From positions 1 to 56,884 of the forward strand of contig JBJTQP010000208.1 in the NCBI GenBank assembly GCA_046075685.1: 56,884 nt of DNA, written 5' to 3'. Below the pieces are notes generated by a model that ran no database searches, was not told where the DNA came from, and was given only the letters and a program-made list of their open reading frames with translations. How positions within the stretch are numbered: the first letter of the stretch is position 1; each line of letters begins with the position of its first letter. A program made the position numbers and the translations under genes. Origin of the DNA: Planctomycetaceae bacterium. GTDB lineage: Bacteria > Planctomycetota > Planctomycetia > Pirellulales > UBA1268. This document shows, piece after piece, positions 38,524 through 48,400 of this stretch.

Positions 38524-40415
38524 GAGACATTTTCCGCAGCCTGCCGGCGATCATCCCCGTGACGCTGCTCGCCATGCTGCTCGTGGGCCTGGGGGTCGTC
38601 GTCGATCCGTCCGCCTACGACGTCTCACAGATGCCGCGGCTGCTCGTGCTGTCGCTGGCGCTGGCGGGGGCGGTGCCCGTGATCCTCGGCATACCGGGAG
38701 TGCGCCGGCGGCTCGACACGACGACGCTCCGCGAACCGGTCGTCGTTGCAGCCGCCGCATACCTCGCAAGCTGCGTCGCCTCGCTCGCCGTAACGCTCAA
38801 CGTGACCGCCGGCTACACCGACGTGTGCCGCACGCTGGCCGCCTTCGTGGTGCTCGCCGCGGCCTGCCTCGTGCTGCCGCTCGATCGCGACTGGCGGCGC
38901 ACCGTGGTCGGGGCATTCGTGCTGGCAACCGCCGTGCATGCGGCGGTCGGTATCCACGAGACGCTCACGATCCTCGGGCCGGGGCTGCACGACCGCCGGG
39001 CGATGGAGGTGATCACCGGCCGGATGTCGAACGTCAACCTGCATGCGGGCCTGCTCGCGATGCTGCTGCCATGGTGCGGGGCGGGCGTGATGCTGCCCTG
39101 CGGCCGCGGCTGGCGGTGGTTCTCGACCCTGACGGCGGTGGCGGCGACGACCATGCTCGTCATGCTGCAGTCCCGGTCGGCCTGGCTGGCGGCCGCGGCG
39201 GCAGGCATGGTGATGAGCGGCGTGGTGGTCGCCGCGGCCCGTCGGCTGGCCCTGCCTCGGGCGGTACGGCTGGCCGGCGCGGGCCTGGCCCTCGCCGCCA
39301 TGACCGCGGCCGCCGGCGGCGCCGCCCTCACCTTCACCGACACGCCGATCGGGGAGACGCTGCGGGCCACCTTCATCCGCCGGCCGCATCAGGCCGCCGG
39401 GCCGACCGACGGAGGCCGGACGATGATCTGGCGCATCGCGACGCAGATGATCGCCGACCACCCGCTGCTCGGCGTCGGGGCCGGCAACTTCACCGTCCGG
39501 CTTCATGAGTATTACGGCGGCGAGGATCTCGATTTCTCGAATCTCTCGAGCGACAACTGGATCCAGCCACACGACGATTTCCTGTGGGTGTGGGCCGAGA
39601 AGGGCCTGCCCGGCGTGCTGGCATTTGTCGCGGTGTTCGCGACGGCAGGCCTCGCGATTCGCACGGTGCTTCGCCGGGGAACGATCGACGAGGCTCGGCT
39701 GGCGGTCGCCTGCCTGGGGGCGCTGACGGCGTACCTCGTGTTCTCGATCTTCGACTTTCCGCTCGATCGGGTCACCTTCCAGGTGCATCTGGCGATCCTG
39801 CTGGCGGTGATCACGCTGCAGAAGCACGACGTTGCACCCGCCTCGCGCGTCCCGCTGCCCCTGCCGGCCTGGCTCGTGGCACCTCCCCTGACGGCCGCCA
39901 TGGTCCTGGCCGCCTGCTTCGCGGCGGCGGCCCTCGACCAGGAGCGAAACGTGATCGCGGCCCGCCAGGCCGCCCGGAATGCAGACTGGCCGGGCATGCT
40001 CGCCGCCGCCCGGCGGGCCGAGACGCCCTGGAAATCACTTGATCCGCTGGCCACGCCGATCGCGTTTCTCGAGGGCATGGCGCGGCTGCGGCTCGGAGAC
40101 CCCGCGGCCGCGACGACGTGCCTCGAGCAGGCGCTGGCCGCCAACCCCAACCGGATGTACGTCGTCAACAACCTTGCAGCCCTGTACGCCGAGGCGGGAC
40201 GGTACGACGACGCCGTCCCGCTGTTCGCCCTCGCGGCCGAGCGCTATCCGGACCGCATCGAGCCGCGGCACAACCTCGCCGCCTGCCTCATCGACGCGGG
40301 CCGCTACGGCGAGGCGATCGCCGTGATCGAGGACATTCCCGCGGAGGTGCGGCCGGAGCCGATGCGGGCCATGCTCGAGCACGCCCGCGAGCAGCGGGCG
40401 GCGTCGGCACCGTAG
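38520..40415 (+). CDS. O-antigen ligase (Wzy_C) family membrane protein with C-terminal TPRs
   Basis: Many TM helices; G.MSNVN, QSRSAWLA, R..IWR...MIADHPLLGVGAGNF, PHDDFL..WAEKG; TPRs (ALAANP..NNLA.LY). Confidence 0.85.
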   Translation: MRDIFRSLPAIIPVTLLAMLLVGLGVVVDPSAYDVSQMPRLLVLSLALAGAVPVILGIPGVRRRLDTTTLREPVVVAAAAYLASCVASLAVTLNVTAGYTDVCRTLAAFVVLAAACLVLPLDRDWRRTVVGAFVLATAVHAAVGIHETLTILGPGLHDRRAMEVITGRMSNVNLHAGLLAMLLPWCGAGVMLPCGRGWRWFSTLTAVAATTMLVMLQSRSAWLAAAAAGMVMSGVVVAAARRLALPRAVRLAGAGLALAAMTAAAGGAALTFTDTPIGETLRATFIRRPHQAAGPTDGGRTMIWRIATQMIADHPLLGVGAGNFTVRLHEYYGGEDLDFSNLSSDNWIQPHDDFLWVWAEKGLPGVLAFVAVFATAGLAIRTVLRRGTIDEARLAVACLGALTAYLVFSIFDFPLDRVTFQVHLAILLAVITLQKHDVAPASRVPLPLPAWLVAPPLTAAMVLAACFAAAALDQERNVIAARQAARNADWPGMLAAARRAETPWKSLDPLATPIAFLEGMARLRLGDPAAATTCLEQALAANPNRMYVVNNLAALYAEAGRYDDAVPLFALAAERYPDRIEPRHNLAACLIDAGRYGEAIAVIEDIPAEVRPEPMRAMLEHAREQRAASAP

Positions 40416-40444
40416 GCAGCGGCCTGCCCCGGAGGGCCAACGAG

Positions 40445-40936
40445 TCACAGCTGCGTGGGATTCGGCGCGTCGCCGTACACCGCCTTCGGATCGAAGGCCT
40501 TTTCGTGCTCGAGGAACTCCAGGGCCGTGCCCGCGGCCCGCTCCGCGCCGACCGGCACCTTGCGGTAGAAGCAGGAACGATAGCCCACGTGGCAGCTCGC
40601 ACCGCCGGCGATCTGCACGCGAAGCCAGACGCAGTCCTGGTCGTCGTCGATCCGCATCTCGACCACCTTCTGGACCAGGCCGCTGGTGGCCCCCTTGTGC
40701 CAGAGCTGCTGGCGGCTGCGGCTCCAGTAGTGGGCCTCGCCGGTCTCGATGGTCCTGGCGAGCGCCTCGCGGTTCATCACGGCCACCATCAGCACCTCGC
40801 CCGACACAACGTCGGTGGTGACGCAGGGTATCAGCCCGGCGACGTCGAACTTCGGCGCCAGGTCGCGGCCCTCCTCGACCTGTTCCACGCTCACCCGGTT
40901 CCCGAACAGGGACGCGTTCTCCGCTGCACTCGCCAC
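40445..40936 (-). CDS. hisI: Phosphoribosyl-AMP cyclohydrolase
   Basis: [41 protein letters not shown]; AGGAG 7 nt before GTG 40936. Confidence 0.95.
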   Translation of the reverse strand: MASAAENASLFGNRVSVEQVEEGRDLAPKFDVAGLIPCVTTDVVSGEVLMVAVMNREALARTIETGEAHYWSRSRQQLWHKGATSGLVQKVVEMRIDDDQDCVWLRVQIAGGASCHVGYRSCFYRKVPVGAERAAGTALEFLEHEKAFDPKAVYGDAPNPTQL

Positions 40937-41053
40937 GACACGGCTCCTCGCGAAAGGCTCGATCCGACTGCTACTATACATCCCTCGTTTCCGGTGGTTG
41001 CCCGCAGTGGCACGCGACCGATCGAATCAGGCCTTTGCCTCGCGGAGATTTCC

Positions 41054-42328
41054 ATGCCTCAGGCTGCACTGCGTCTCATGACACCCGGGCTCGTCGTGCT
41101 GGCGACGACGGTGGCGACCGCGACCGACTGGCCCTCGTTCCGCGGCGCGGACCGCACCGCCGTGGCGCCAGACACGAACCTCCTCGAATCCTGGCCCGCC
41201 GACGGTCCGCCGCTCGTGTGGGAGGCGCGGGGCGTCGGCCGCGGCTACGCCAGTCTGGCGATCGCGGGCGACAGGATCTTCACGCTCGGCGACGGGCTCT
41301 CCACCGCCGCCGACACCGACGAGTATCTCACCTGCCACGACCGGGCCACCGGCCGGCAGCTCTGGAGGACGAAGACCGGCGGACCGTGGACCGACGGCCA
41401 GGAGTCATGGCAGAGTTCGCGGAGCACGCCGACCGTGGACGGCGCGATGGTCTACGTGATCACGCCGTTCGGCCGGCTCGTGGCCTGCCGAACCACCGAC
41501 GGCGGCGAGGTGTTCCAGGTCGATCTCAAGGAGCGGTTCGGCGGCAAGAAGGGCGATGCCTGGGGCTACAGCGAGTCGGTGCTCGTCGACGGCGACCACC
41601 TGATCTGCACGCCCGGCGGCGAGCAGGCGGCCATGGTGGCACTCGACAAGCGGACGGGGGCCGATGTCTGGTCGTGCCCCATGCCCGGGATCCGCGGGGC
41701 CGGCCACTCCTCGATCGTGGTCGCGGAGGTGCGGGGACGGAGGATCTACGTGCAGACGACGGCCAGCGGGCCGATCGGCGTCGATGCCGCCACCGGCCTG
41801 CTCCTCTGGTCGTATCCCATCGACCAGACGACGGCCGTGATTCCCACGCCCATCATCCGTAACGACCTCGTCTTCTTTTCAGCGGGCTACCGGCGGGGCG
41901 GCGCCCTGCTGCGCCAGGTGCCGGACGGCGACGGCGTGAAGGTGGAGGAGATCTACGGTCTCACCAGCGACCTCGCCAACAAGCACGGCGGCATCGTGCT
42001 CGTCGGCGACCACCTCTACGGCGATTCAGACGACAAGGGCATCCCCTTCTGCGCGGAACTGATGACGGGCAAAATCGCCTGGAAGCAGCGGGGCAGCGGC
42101 AAGAACTCGGCCACCGTGATGGCCGCCGACGAGCACGTCTACGTCCGCTACGCCGACGGCACGGTGTCGCTCGTGAAGGCCGATCCCGCGGAGTATCGCG
42201 AGGTGGCCAGCTTCAAGGCCCCGGGCAGCGGCGATCGGCCGAGCTGGGCCCACATGGTGATCGCCGACGGGCTGCTCTACCTCCGCGAGGGTGACGCGAT
42301 CCTCTGCTACGACGTGCGGGCGAAGTGA
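41054..42328 (+). CDS. PQQ-binding-like beta-propeller repeat protein (secreted)
   Basis: Signal peptide, DWPSFRG, WP..GP.LVW, TGRQLW, STPTVDG, YSESVLVDGD, WAH..IADG.LYLR. Confidence 0.9.
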   Translation: MPQAALRLMTPGLVVLATTVATATDWPSFRGADRTAVAPDTNLLESWPADGPPLVWEARGVGRGYASLAIAGDRIFTLGDGLSTAADTDEYLTCHDRATGRQLWRTKTGGPWTDGQESWQSSRSTPTVDGAMVYVITPFGRLVACRTTDGGEVFQVDLKERFGGKKGDAWGYSESVLVDGDHLICTPGGEQAAMVALDKRTGADVWSCPMPGIRGAGHSSIVVAEVRGRRIYVQTTASGPIGVDAATGLLLWSYPIDQTTAVIPTPIIRNDLVFFSAGYRRGGALLRQVPDGDGVKVEEIYGLTSDLANKHGGIVLVGDHLYGDSDDKGIPFCAELMTGKIAWKQRGSGKNSATVMAADEHVYVRYADGTVSLVKADPAEYREVASFKAPGSGDRPSWAHMVIADGLLYLREGDAILCYDVRAK

Positions 42329-42342
42329 GCCCGCGATCCACG

Positions 42343-42375
42343 GCCCGGCTGCGGCGCCCGGCGCCGCAGCCGGGC
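42343..42375. terminator. GC-rich hairpin between convergent genes (possible bidirectional terminator)
   Basis: Perfect 15 bp stem GCCCGGCTGCGGCGC-CCG-GCGCCGCAGCCGGGC; no U tract. Confidence 0.55.
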
Positions 42376-42382
42376 TGAACGG

Positions 42383-43096
42383 TCAGTCGGCGCTGTCGGC
42401 GACGCTCCGATAGACGAGGCCGCCCACGATCCCACCCACGATCGGCGCCACCCAGAAGAGCCACAGCTGCTGCACCGCCCAGCCGCCGACGAAGACCGCG
42501 GTGGCGGTGCTTCGCGCCGGGTTCACGCTGGTGTTCGTCACCGGGATGCTGACGAGGTGGATCAGCGTCAGGCAGAGGCCGATCGCGATCGGGGCGATCA
42601 CGCTTCCGGCCCGCTTGTCGGTGGCGCCATGGATCACGAACAGGAACACCGCGGTGAGCACGGCTTCGATGATGAAGCAGCTCTGCCAGCCGTAGCCCGT
42701 CGAGCCGGGAACCGCCGACGGGGAGTGGTCGCCGTAGCCGTTGGAGGCGAAGCCGCCCGCGGCCGCATCGAAGCCGGGCAGGCCGCTGGCGACGAGGTAC
42801 AGGATGCCGGCGCCGGCGATCCCGCCGACCACCTGCGCGATCCAGTACGGGATCATGTCCTTCGCCGGAAACCGCCCACTGGCGACCAAGCCGGCGGTCA
42901 CCGCCGGGTTGAGGTGGCAGCCGGAGATGTGGCCGATCGCGGTCGCCATGGTGAGCACGGTGAGGCCGAAGGCGAGCGAGACGCCGACGAAGCCGATGCC
43001 GAGATCGGGATAGGCGGCGGCCAGCACGGCACTGCCGCAGCCGCCGAGCACGAGCCAGAAGGTGCCGATCGCCTCGGCGAGGAGTTTTGCGGTCAT
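42383..43096 (-). CDS. aqpZ: Aquaporin Z
   Basis: [49 protein letters not shown]. Confidence 0.97.
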   Translation of the reverse strand: MTAKLLAEAIGTFWLVLGGCGSAVLAAAYPDLGIGFVGVSLAFGLTVLTMATAIGHISGCHLNPAVTAGLVASGRFPAKDMIPYWIAQVVGGIAGAGILYLVASGLPGFDAAAGGFASNGYGDHSPSAVPGSTGYGWQSCFIIEAVLTAVFLFVIHGATDKRAGSVIAPIAIGLCLTLIHLVSIPVTNTSVNPARSTATAVFVGGWAVQQLWLFWVAPIVGGIVGGLVYRSVADSAD

Positions 43097-43229
43097 GCGT
43101 GTTGCTCCCGGAAAGGTGTGGTCGAGCGGGGCCGCGCCTCCCCGGGCGCATCATCCCCGACGAGCCGCCACGCTAGGCCCGGGGGGTGCACGCGGTCAAT
43201 CGCAATCCCCGCCAGAATGCCCGTGTCGC

Positions 43230-43616
43230 TCACCGCACCAGCGCGAGCAGCCGCGGGCCGAAGATCACCAGGCCCACGAGAATCGCCGCCCCGACGGCGA
43301 CGAGCACCGCGGCGCTGGCGGTGTCGAGGGAGTCCTTGATCCGCTGGTCGGGGCCGCGGTCAAGCGCCCTGGCCAGCGACTCGACCGAGGTGTTGAACAC
43401 TTCGGCCGCGACCACCCCGCCGATCGCCAGCACCACGAGGCACCACTCCACCGGGCTGATCCCCAGCCACGCCGCGGCCGCGATCGCAGCACCGGCCACG
43501 GGGAGGTGCGCGGCGAAGCTCCACTCGGTGGAGACGGCGTGGAAGAGCCCGCGGAAGGCGTCGGCGAACTTGCCCAGCCACGACCGCTTCGGGGGCGTCC
43601 AGCCGGGCCCGGCCAC
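43230..43616 (-). CDS. dgkA: Diacylglycerol/undecaprenol kinase family (DgkA)
   Basis: FADAFRGL...EWSF, AEVFNTSVE, IKDSLDTASAAVL; three TM helices. Confidence 0.85.
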   Translation of the reverse strand: MAGPGWTPPKRSWLGKFADAFRGLFHAVSTEWSFAAHLPVAGAAIAAAAWLGISPVEWCLVVLAIGGVVAAEVFNTSVESLARALDRGPDQRIKDSLDTASAAVLVAVGAAILVGLVIFGPRLLALVR

Positions 43617-43618
43617 CG

Positions 43619-44149
43619 TCAGCCAACCTTCACGTAGGGGTCGCCCTTCTTCCAGTTGCACGGACAGAGCTCGTCGCTCTGCAGGGCGTCGAGCACCCTG
43701 AGCACCTCGGCCACGTTGCGGCCAACCCGTCCCTGGTTGACGTCCACCCACTGGATCACGCCGTGCGGATCGACGATGAACGTGGCCCGCAGGCAGTAGC
43801 CCTCCGACTTCTCGAGGATGCCGAGGTCCGGGGCCAGCTTCTGGGCGGCGATCAGCGGATAGCCGAGGGTGGCGAGGTCGGCGTGCGCCCGCCGCCAGGC
43901 GAGGTGCGACCACTCGTTGTCGGTGCTGCCGCCGACGACGAGCGTGTCGCGGTCGGCGAACGCCTTGAGCTGCCGGTTGAACTCGGCGAGTTCGGTGGGG
44001 CAGACGAAGGTGAAATCCTTGGGATAGAAGAAGTAGACCACCCACCTGCCGGCATGGTCGGCGTTCGTGAGCACCTTCATGTCGTCCTTGCCGGTGCCGA
44101 CGCAGGCCTGGCAGGAGAACTGGGGAAACGCGTCGCCGACGGTGAGCAT
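43619..44149 (-). CDS. ahpC: Peroxiredoxin AhpC
   Basis: FFYPKDFTFVCPTE, STDNEWSHLAW, RATFIVDP, GRNV.EVLRVLDALQ, LCPCNW. Confidence 0.93.
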   Translation of the reverse strand: MLTVGDAFPQFSCQACVGTGKDDMKVLTNADHAGRWVVYFFYPKDFTFVCPTELAEFNRQLKAFADRDTLVVGGSTDNEWSHLAWRRAHADLATLGYPLIAAQKLAPDLGILEKSEGYCLRATFIVDPHGVIQWVDVNQGRVGRNVAEVLRVLDALQSDELCPCNWKKGDPYVKVG

Positions 44150-44291
44150 GCCTTGATCTCCAGCGGAGCCTCGCGGATCGGACGATCACCGCGGGCGGGG
44201 GCGAGTGTACGGAGGGTTGGGGGCGGCTTCAACACGCCGCGGAACGCGCCGCGGCCGCCCAGCAGCGGATGTCGGTCATACTAGACGATGC

Positions 44292-45305
44292 ATGACCGCC
44301 GCCCAGCATCCGGCCGAGCACCAGCCGCACGTCCGCCACGATCCCGTGACGGGACGGCCGGTCTTCGTGGCCCCTCAGCGGGGCGGGAAGCCGGATGATC
44401 GCGCGCTTCTCGAGCAGCGCGGCGGCACAGGCGACCCGCACGACTGGTGTCCGTTCTGTGCGGGCAACGAGCACAGGACGCCGGCCGACGTGGGCCGGAC
44501 GCCGGACGATCCCGCGGTGCCGTGGCGGGCGCGAATCGTGCCCAATGCGTTCCCGATCGCGACCACCGCACCGGGCGGCACGCCGGATCGCAGCCCGCGC
44601 CGGGCGGCGGGGGTGCACGACGTGGTGATCGAGTCACGCAGCCACGAGCGGTCGATCCTCGGCATCGATGCCGCCGACTGGCGGGCGGTCTGGAGCCTGT
44701 GCCGAAGGCGCCTGGAAGCGGTCGCGGCGCTGCCCGATGTCACCTGGACGACCGTCTTCAAGAACTCCGGGCACCGAGCCGGTGCATCGCTGGAGCATGT
44801 CCACAGCCAGCTCGTCGGCCTGGATCTCGTGCCTCCGGCGATCGAGGCCGAGATGGCCGCCGTCGAGCGGGACCCGGCGACGTTCCCCGGCCTCATCGAT
44901 CAGGCGCGGCGCGACCGCAGGATCGTGGCCGAACTGGCCGGGCTCGTGGCCCTCGTGCCGCCGGCACCGCGTCAGCCGTACGAGACGTGGATCGTGACGG
45001 ATCGCGCCGAGCCCCACTTTCATCGGGCACAGGCCGCGCAGGTCGAGGCGCTCGCCGACCTGACCCGGAACCTCGTCGGCCGACTGGAGCGGCTGGCTCC
45101 GCAGTGCCACTACAACTGGTGGCTGCACCAGGCGCCGCTGCGGGGAGAGCGGGCCGCGGACCGGACGCTCGACGCGTGGCACTGGCACCTCGAGATCATG
45201 CCCAGGCTGGCGGAACTCGCGGGCTTCGAAGTCGGCACGGGATGCCACATCACGACCATCACGGCGGAGGAGTCGGCGCTGCGGCTCCGCAGCCAGCTGG
45301 CCTGA
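44292..45305 (+). CDS. Galactose-1-phosphate uridylyltransferase-like (GalT/HIT family)
   Basis: CPFCAGNE, VPNAFP, GVHDVVIES, FKN.G..AGASLEHVHSQ, HWHLEI.PR, AGFE.GTG. Confidence 0.88.
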   Translation: MTAAQHPAEHQPHVRHDPVTGRPVFVAPQRGGKPDDRALLEQRGGTGDPHDWCPFCAGNEHRTPADVGRTPDDPAVPWRARIVPNAFPIATTAPGGTPDRSPRRAAGVHDVVIESRSHERSILGIDAADWRAVWSLCRRRLEAVAALPDVTWTTVFKNSGHRAGASLEHVHSQLVGLDLVPPAIEAEMAAVERDPATFPGLIDQARRDRRIVAELAGLVALVPPAPRQPYETWIVTDRAEPHFHRAQAAQVEALADLTRNLVGRLERLAPQCHYNWWLHQAPLRGERAADRTLDAWHWHLEIMPRLAELAGFEVGTGCHITTITAEESALRLRSQLA

Positions 45306-46041
45306 CCTCCTGCGCCATGGCCGAGCCGGCGCCCGATCGATCCGCCGACTGACCGCACGCCAGTCCGGCCCAGTCGATGCCCGCGGGCATGCATCCGGCC
45401 CCACAATCGAGGATTGCCGCGGGCACGCCCGTGCGCGACGCGATCTCGGCGGCGGCATCTAGGGCGATCGCCACGGCCGAGGCGGGGCCCTGAGCGGCCA
45501 GCGGGGGCACGGCGTGCGAGAGAACGACGGCCGCCACCGCGATGCCTTCGGCTCGGGCCGCCCGCACGGTTGCCAGCGACCGACCGATCGCCCCCAGCCG
45601 GGCTGAGTCGACGATCACCGTGGGAAGGTCGAACGTCCGCACGAGGTCGAGCACCAGAAAGTCGTCGGCAAGCGGCGAAAACAGCCCGCCTGCTCCCTCC
45701 ACCAGCACGACGTCGCTGACGTCCAGCCACGGCGCCAGACCCGTGACGAGCAGGTCGCGGTCGACGCGGCGACCCTCGGCGCGGGCGCTGGCCGGTGGGG
45801 CGATTGCCGCGCGGAAGGTCTGCGGGCAGACGGCCTCCGGCGTCCGCGGGCGGCCGGCGGCCTCCCAGAGCATCCGGGCGTCGCTGCCCTCATCGGCCGC
45901 CGTCACGAACCCGCTGGCCACCGGCTTGTAGACCCCGACCCGTCGACCCGATGCGACCAGCGTCCGAGCCAACGCCGCAGCCACATGGGTCTTGCCGACA
46001 TCTGTATCGGTTCCAGCAACAAAAAGCCCGGGGACTCGCAT
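45259..46041 (-). CDS. bioD: Dethiobiotin synthase
   Basis: FVAGTDTDVGKT, YKPVASG, VEGAGGLFSPL, RLGAI. Confidence 0.92.
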   Translation of the reverse strand: MRVPGLFVAGTDTDVGKTHVAAALARTLVASGRRVGVYKPVASGFVTAADEGSDARMLWEAAGRPRTPEAVCPQTFRAAIAPPASARAEGRRVDRDLLVTGLAPWLDVSDVVLVEGAGGLFSPLADDFLVLDLVRTFDLPTVIVDSARLGAIGRSLATVRAARAEGIAVAAVVLSHAVPPLAAQGPASAVAIALDAAAEIASRTGVPAAILDCGAGCMPAGIDWAGLACGQSADRSGAGSAMAQEVRPAGCGAAAPTPPP

Positions 46042-46071
46042 CTCCTCAGCGTATTTCCTCGTGGGCGACCC

Positions 46072-46100
46072 TTGTTTTGCACACCCCAAGAGTCTAAACT
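46072..46100 (+). promoter_or_regulatory. Putative sigma-70 promoter of feoAB
   Basis: TTGTTT-N17-TAAACT in an AT-rich intergenic stretch. Confidence 0.45.
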
Positions 46101-46110
46101 CCATGGTGTA

Positions 46111-46129
46111 GTTGAGATCGTATCTCAAC
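46111..46129. promoter_or_regulatory. Fur-like iron operator upstream of feoA
   Basis: Perfect 19 bp palindrome GTTGAGAT-CGT-ATCTCAAC just downstream of the putative -10. Confidence 0.7.
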
Positions 46130-46157
46130 AAGGTGCCTGTCGTTGTCGAGGTGCGCC

Positions 46158-46421
46158 ATGCCAGCCAGTCCGTTTCCCGAGGCCATCGCGTCTCCAGCAT
46201 CGCTCGACGAGATCGATGTAGGCGACACGGTCAGGGTTCGGGACGTCTCGGGCTCCGACGCCGTGGCCATCCGACTTCTCGAAATGGGCGTCACGCCAGG
46301 AGTCGAGGTGCGGGTCGTCGGAAGGTCTCCCTTCGGCGACCCGCTCGAACTCGAACTCCGCGGCTATCGCCTCTCGATCCGTCGCCGTGAGGCGGCGCGG
46401 GTGACCATCGGCAACCGCTGA
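46158..46421 (+). CDS. feoA: Ferrous iron transport protein A
   Basis: RLLEMGVTPG, PFGDPLELELRGY.LSIRR.EA. Confidence 0.95.
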   Translation: MPASPFPEAIASPASLDEIDVGDTVRVRDVSGSDAVAIRLLEMGVTPGVEVRVVGRSPFGDPLELELRGYRLSIRRREAARVTIGNR

Positions 46422-46446
46422 CCTCGCCCGCCCATCACGCTCGCCC

Positions 46447-48396
46447 ATGAAGCCGGGCCCACTTACCGTCGCCCTGCTCGGCAATCCCAACGTCGGCAAG
46501 AGCACGCTGTTCACCGCACTGGCGGGCATTCCGACGCGGGTCGGCAACTATCCGGGCGTGACGGTCGAGGAGAAACTCGGCCGCTTCTCGCATGCCGGCC
46601 GCGACGTCGACCTCGTCGACCTGCCCGGCACGTACAGCCTGGTCCCCCAGAGCCCCGACGAGCGTGTCGCGGTCGACGTGCTGCACGGCCGCATCGCCGA
46701 CATCCCCAAGCCCGACTGCATCCTCGTCGTGGCCGACGCCACGAACCTGGCCCGAAACCTGTTCCTCGTCACCCAGGCTCTCGACGTCGGTGTGCCCGTG
46801 CTCGTGGCGCTGTCGCTCGCCGACATGGCCGACCGCCGCGGGATCCGGATCGACGTGGCCGAACTCTCCCGGCGGCTCGGCTGTCCCGTGGTGCGCTATG
46901 CCGCACCCACCGGCGAGGGCGTCGCCGAGATTCGCGATCAAATCGTGGCCGCGGCCGCCGCGCCTGCGCCCCGGCCGCTGTCGCTGGTCCAGCCGGAATC
47001 GGCGGCCGGCCGGCCGGCCGCGGCCGCCGATGCGATCGCCCGCTACGACGCCATCGAGCGGCTTCTCGACGGCGTGACGGGGCCCGCCCGCCCGGCCGCA
47101 ATCGCCGAGGACCGGATCGACGCGGTCCTCACCCATCCGGTCTGGGGCACGCTGATCTTCGCGGGCGTGATGCTCGCGATGTTCGCCACGATCTTCTGGC
47201 TCGCTCCGCCGCTGATGGACCTGATCTCCGGGGCGATGGACCGGCTGGCGACCGTGGTCAGGGAGTCGCTGCCGGAGGGCGCGATCCGCTCGCTCCTCGT
47301 CGACGGCGTGCTGGCGGGCGTCTCGGGCAGCGTGGTGTTCGTGCCGCAGATCGCCCTGCTGTTTCTGTTCATCGCCGTCCTCGAGGGCTGCGGCTATCTG
47401 GCACGGGCCGCCTACCTCATGGATCGGCTGCTGGTCGGCGTGGGGCTCAGCGGCAAGTCGTTCATCCCGCTGCTCTCGAGCTTCGCCTGCGCGATCCCGG
47501 GCATCATGGCGGCCCGCACGATCGAGAACCGCCGCGACCGCCTGCTCACGATCCTCGTCGCCCCGCTGATGAGCTGCTCGGCGCGGCTGCCGGTCTACCT
47601 GCTGCTCTGCGGCGCCTTCGTGCCCGCGACCGTCGCCTCCGCGCCCTGGCTGCCGCTGAGAGCCGTCGTGCTGGCCGGGCTCTACGCCCTCGGGGTCGTG
47701 GTGGCGGCGACCGTCGCCGGCGTGCTCTCACGAACGGTGTTCCAGGGGCCGCCCCAGCCGTTCGTGATGGAGCTCCCCGGCTGGCGCTGGCCGCGTCCGG
47801 CGGTGGTGCTGGAGCGGGCGCGGGAAGCCTCCTGGTCGTTCCTGATGAACGCCGGCACGCTGATCGTCGCGATCAGCATCGTGCTCTGGGCGCTGGGCAA
47901 CTACCCGAAACCCGTGCTTCCGGCGGGGGCGGCTCCGCCCGAGGCCGAGGCCCGCGGCGAGGTGCTGAGGCAGAGCGTGCTGGGTAGGGCAGGCAGGTTC
48001 GTGGAGCCGGTCGTGAGGCCGCTGGGCTGGGACTGGCGGATCGGGTGCGCCGCGCTGGCGAGCTTTCCGGCCCGGGAGGTGGTGCTGGCCACGCTCGGCG
48101 TGCTGTACAACCTCGGCGACGCCGATCCCGAATCAGCCGAGGGGTCCACGGCGCTCGAACGGCGGCTCAAGGCCGCCCGCTGGGACGGCACCGACCGGCC
48201 GGTCTTCACCCTGCCGGTCGCCCTCTCGATCATGGTCTTCTTCGCGCTGTGCGCACAGTGTGCCAGCACGCTGGTGGTGATCGGCCGCGAGACAGGCTCG
48301 TGGATCTGGCCGGTCGTCACGTTCTCCTACATGACGGCGCTCGCCTGGCTCGGCGCGTTCGCCGTCTACCAGCTCGGCACCCGGCTCGGCTGGTGA
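46447..48396 (+). CDS. feoB: Ferrous iron transport protein B
   Basis: GNPNVGKST, GNYPGVTVE, DLPGTYSL, FACAIPGIMA.R, MSCSARLPVY, FVMELP, QCAST. Confidence 0.97.
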   Translation: MKPGPLTVALLGNPNVGKSTLFTALAGIPTRVGNYPGVTVEEKLGRFSHAGRDVDLVDLPGTYSLVPQSPDERVAVDVLHGRIADIPKPDCILVVADATNLARNLFLVTQALDVGVPVLVALSLADMADRRGIRIDVAELSRRLGCPVVRYAAPTGEGVAEIRDQIVAAAAAPAPRPLSLVQPESAAGRPAAAADAIARYDAIERLLDGVTGPARPAAIAEDRIDAVLTHPVWGTLIFAGVMLAMFATIFWLAPPLMDLISGAMDRLATVVRESLPEGAIRSLLVDGVLAGVSGSVVFVPQIALLFLFIAVLEGCGYLARAAYLMDRLLVGVGLSGKSFIPLLSSFACAIPGIMAARTIENRRDRLLTILVAPLMSCSARLPVYLLLCGAFVPATVASAPWLPLRAVVLAGLYALGVVVAATVAGVLSRTVFQGPPQPFVMELPGWRWPRPAVVLERAREASWSFLMNAGTLIVAISIVLWALGNYPKPVLPAGAAPPEAEARGEVLRQSVLGRAGRFVEPVVRPLGWDWRIGCAALASFPAREVVLATLGVLYNLGDADPESAEGSTALERRLKAARWDGTDRPVFTLPVALSIMVFFALCAQCASTLVVIGRETGSWIWPVVTFSYMTALAWLGAFAVYQLGTRLGW

Positions 48397-48400
48397 CGCC

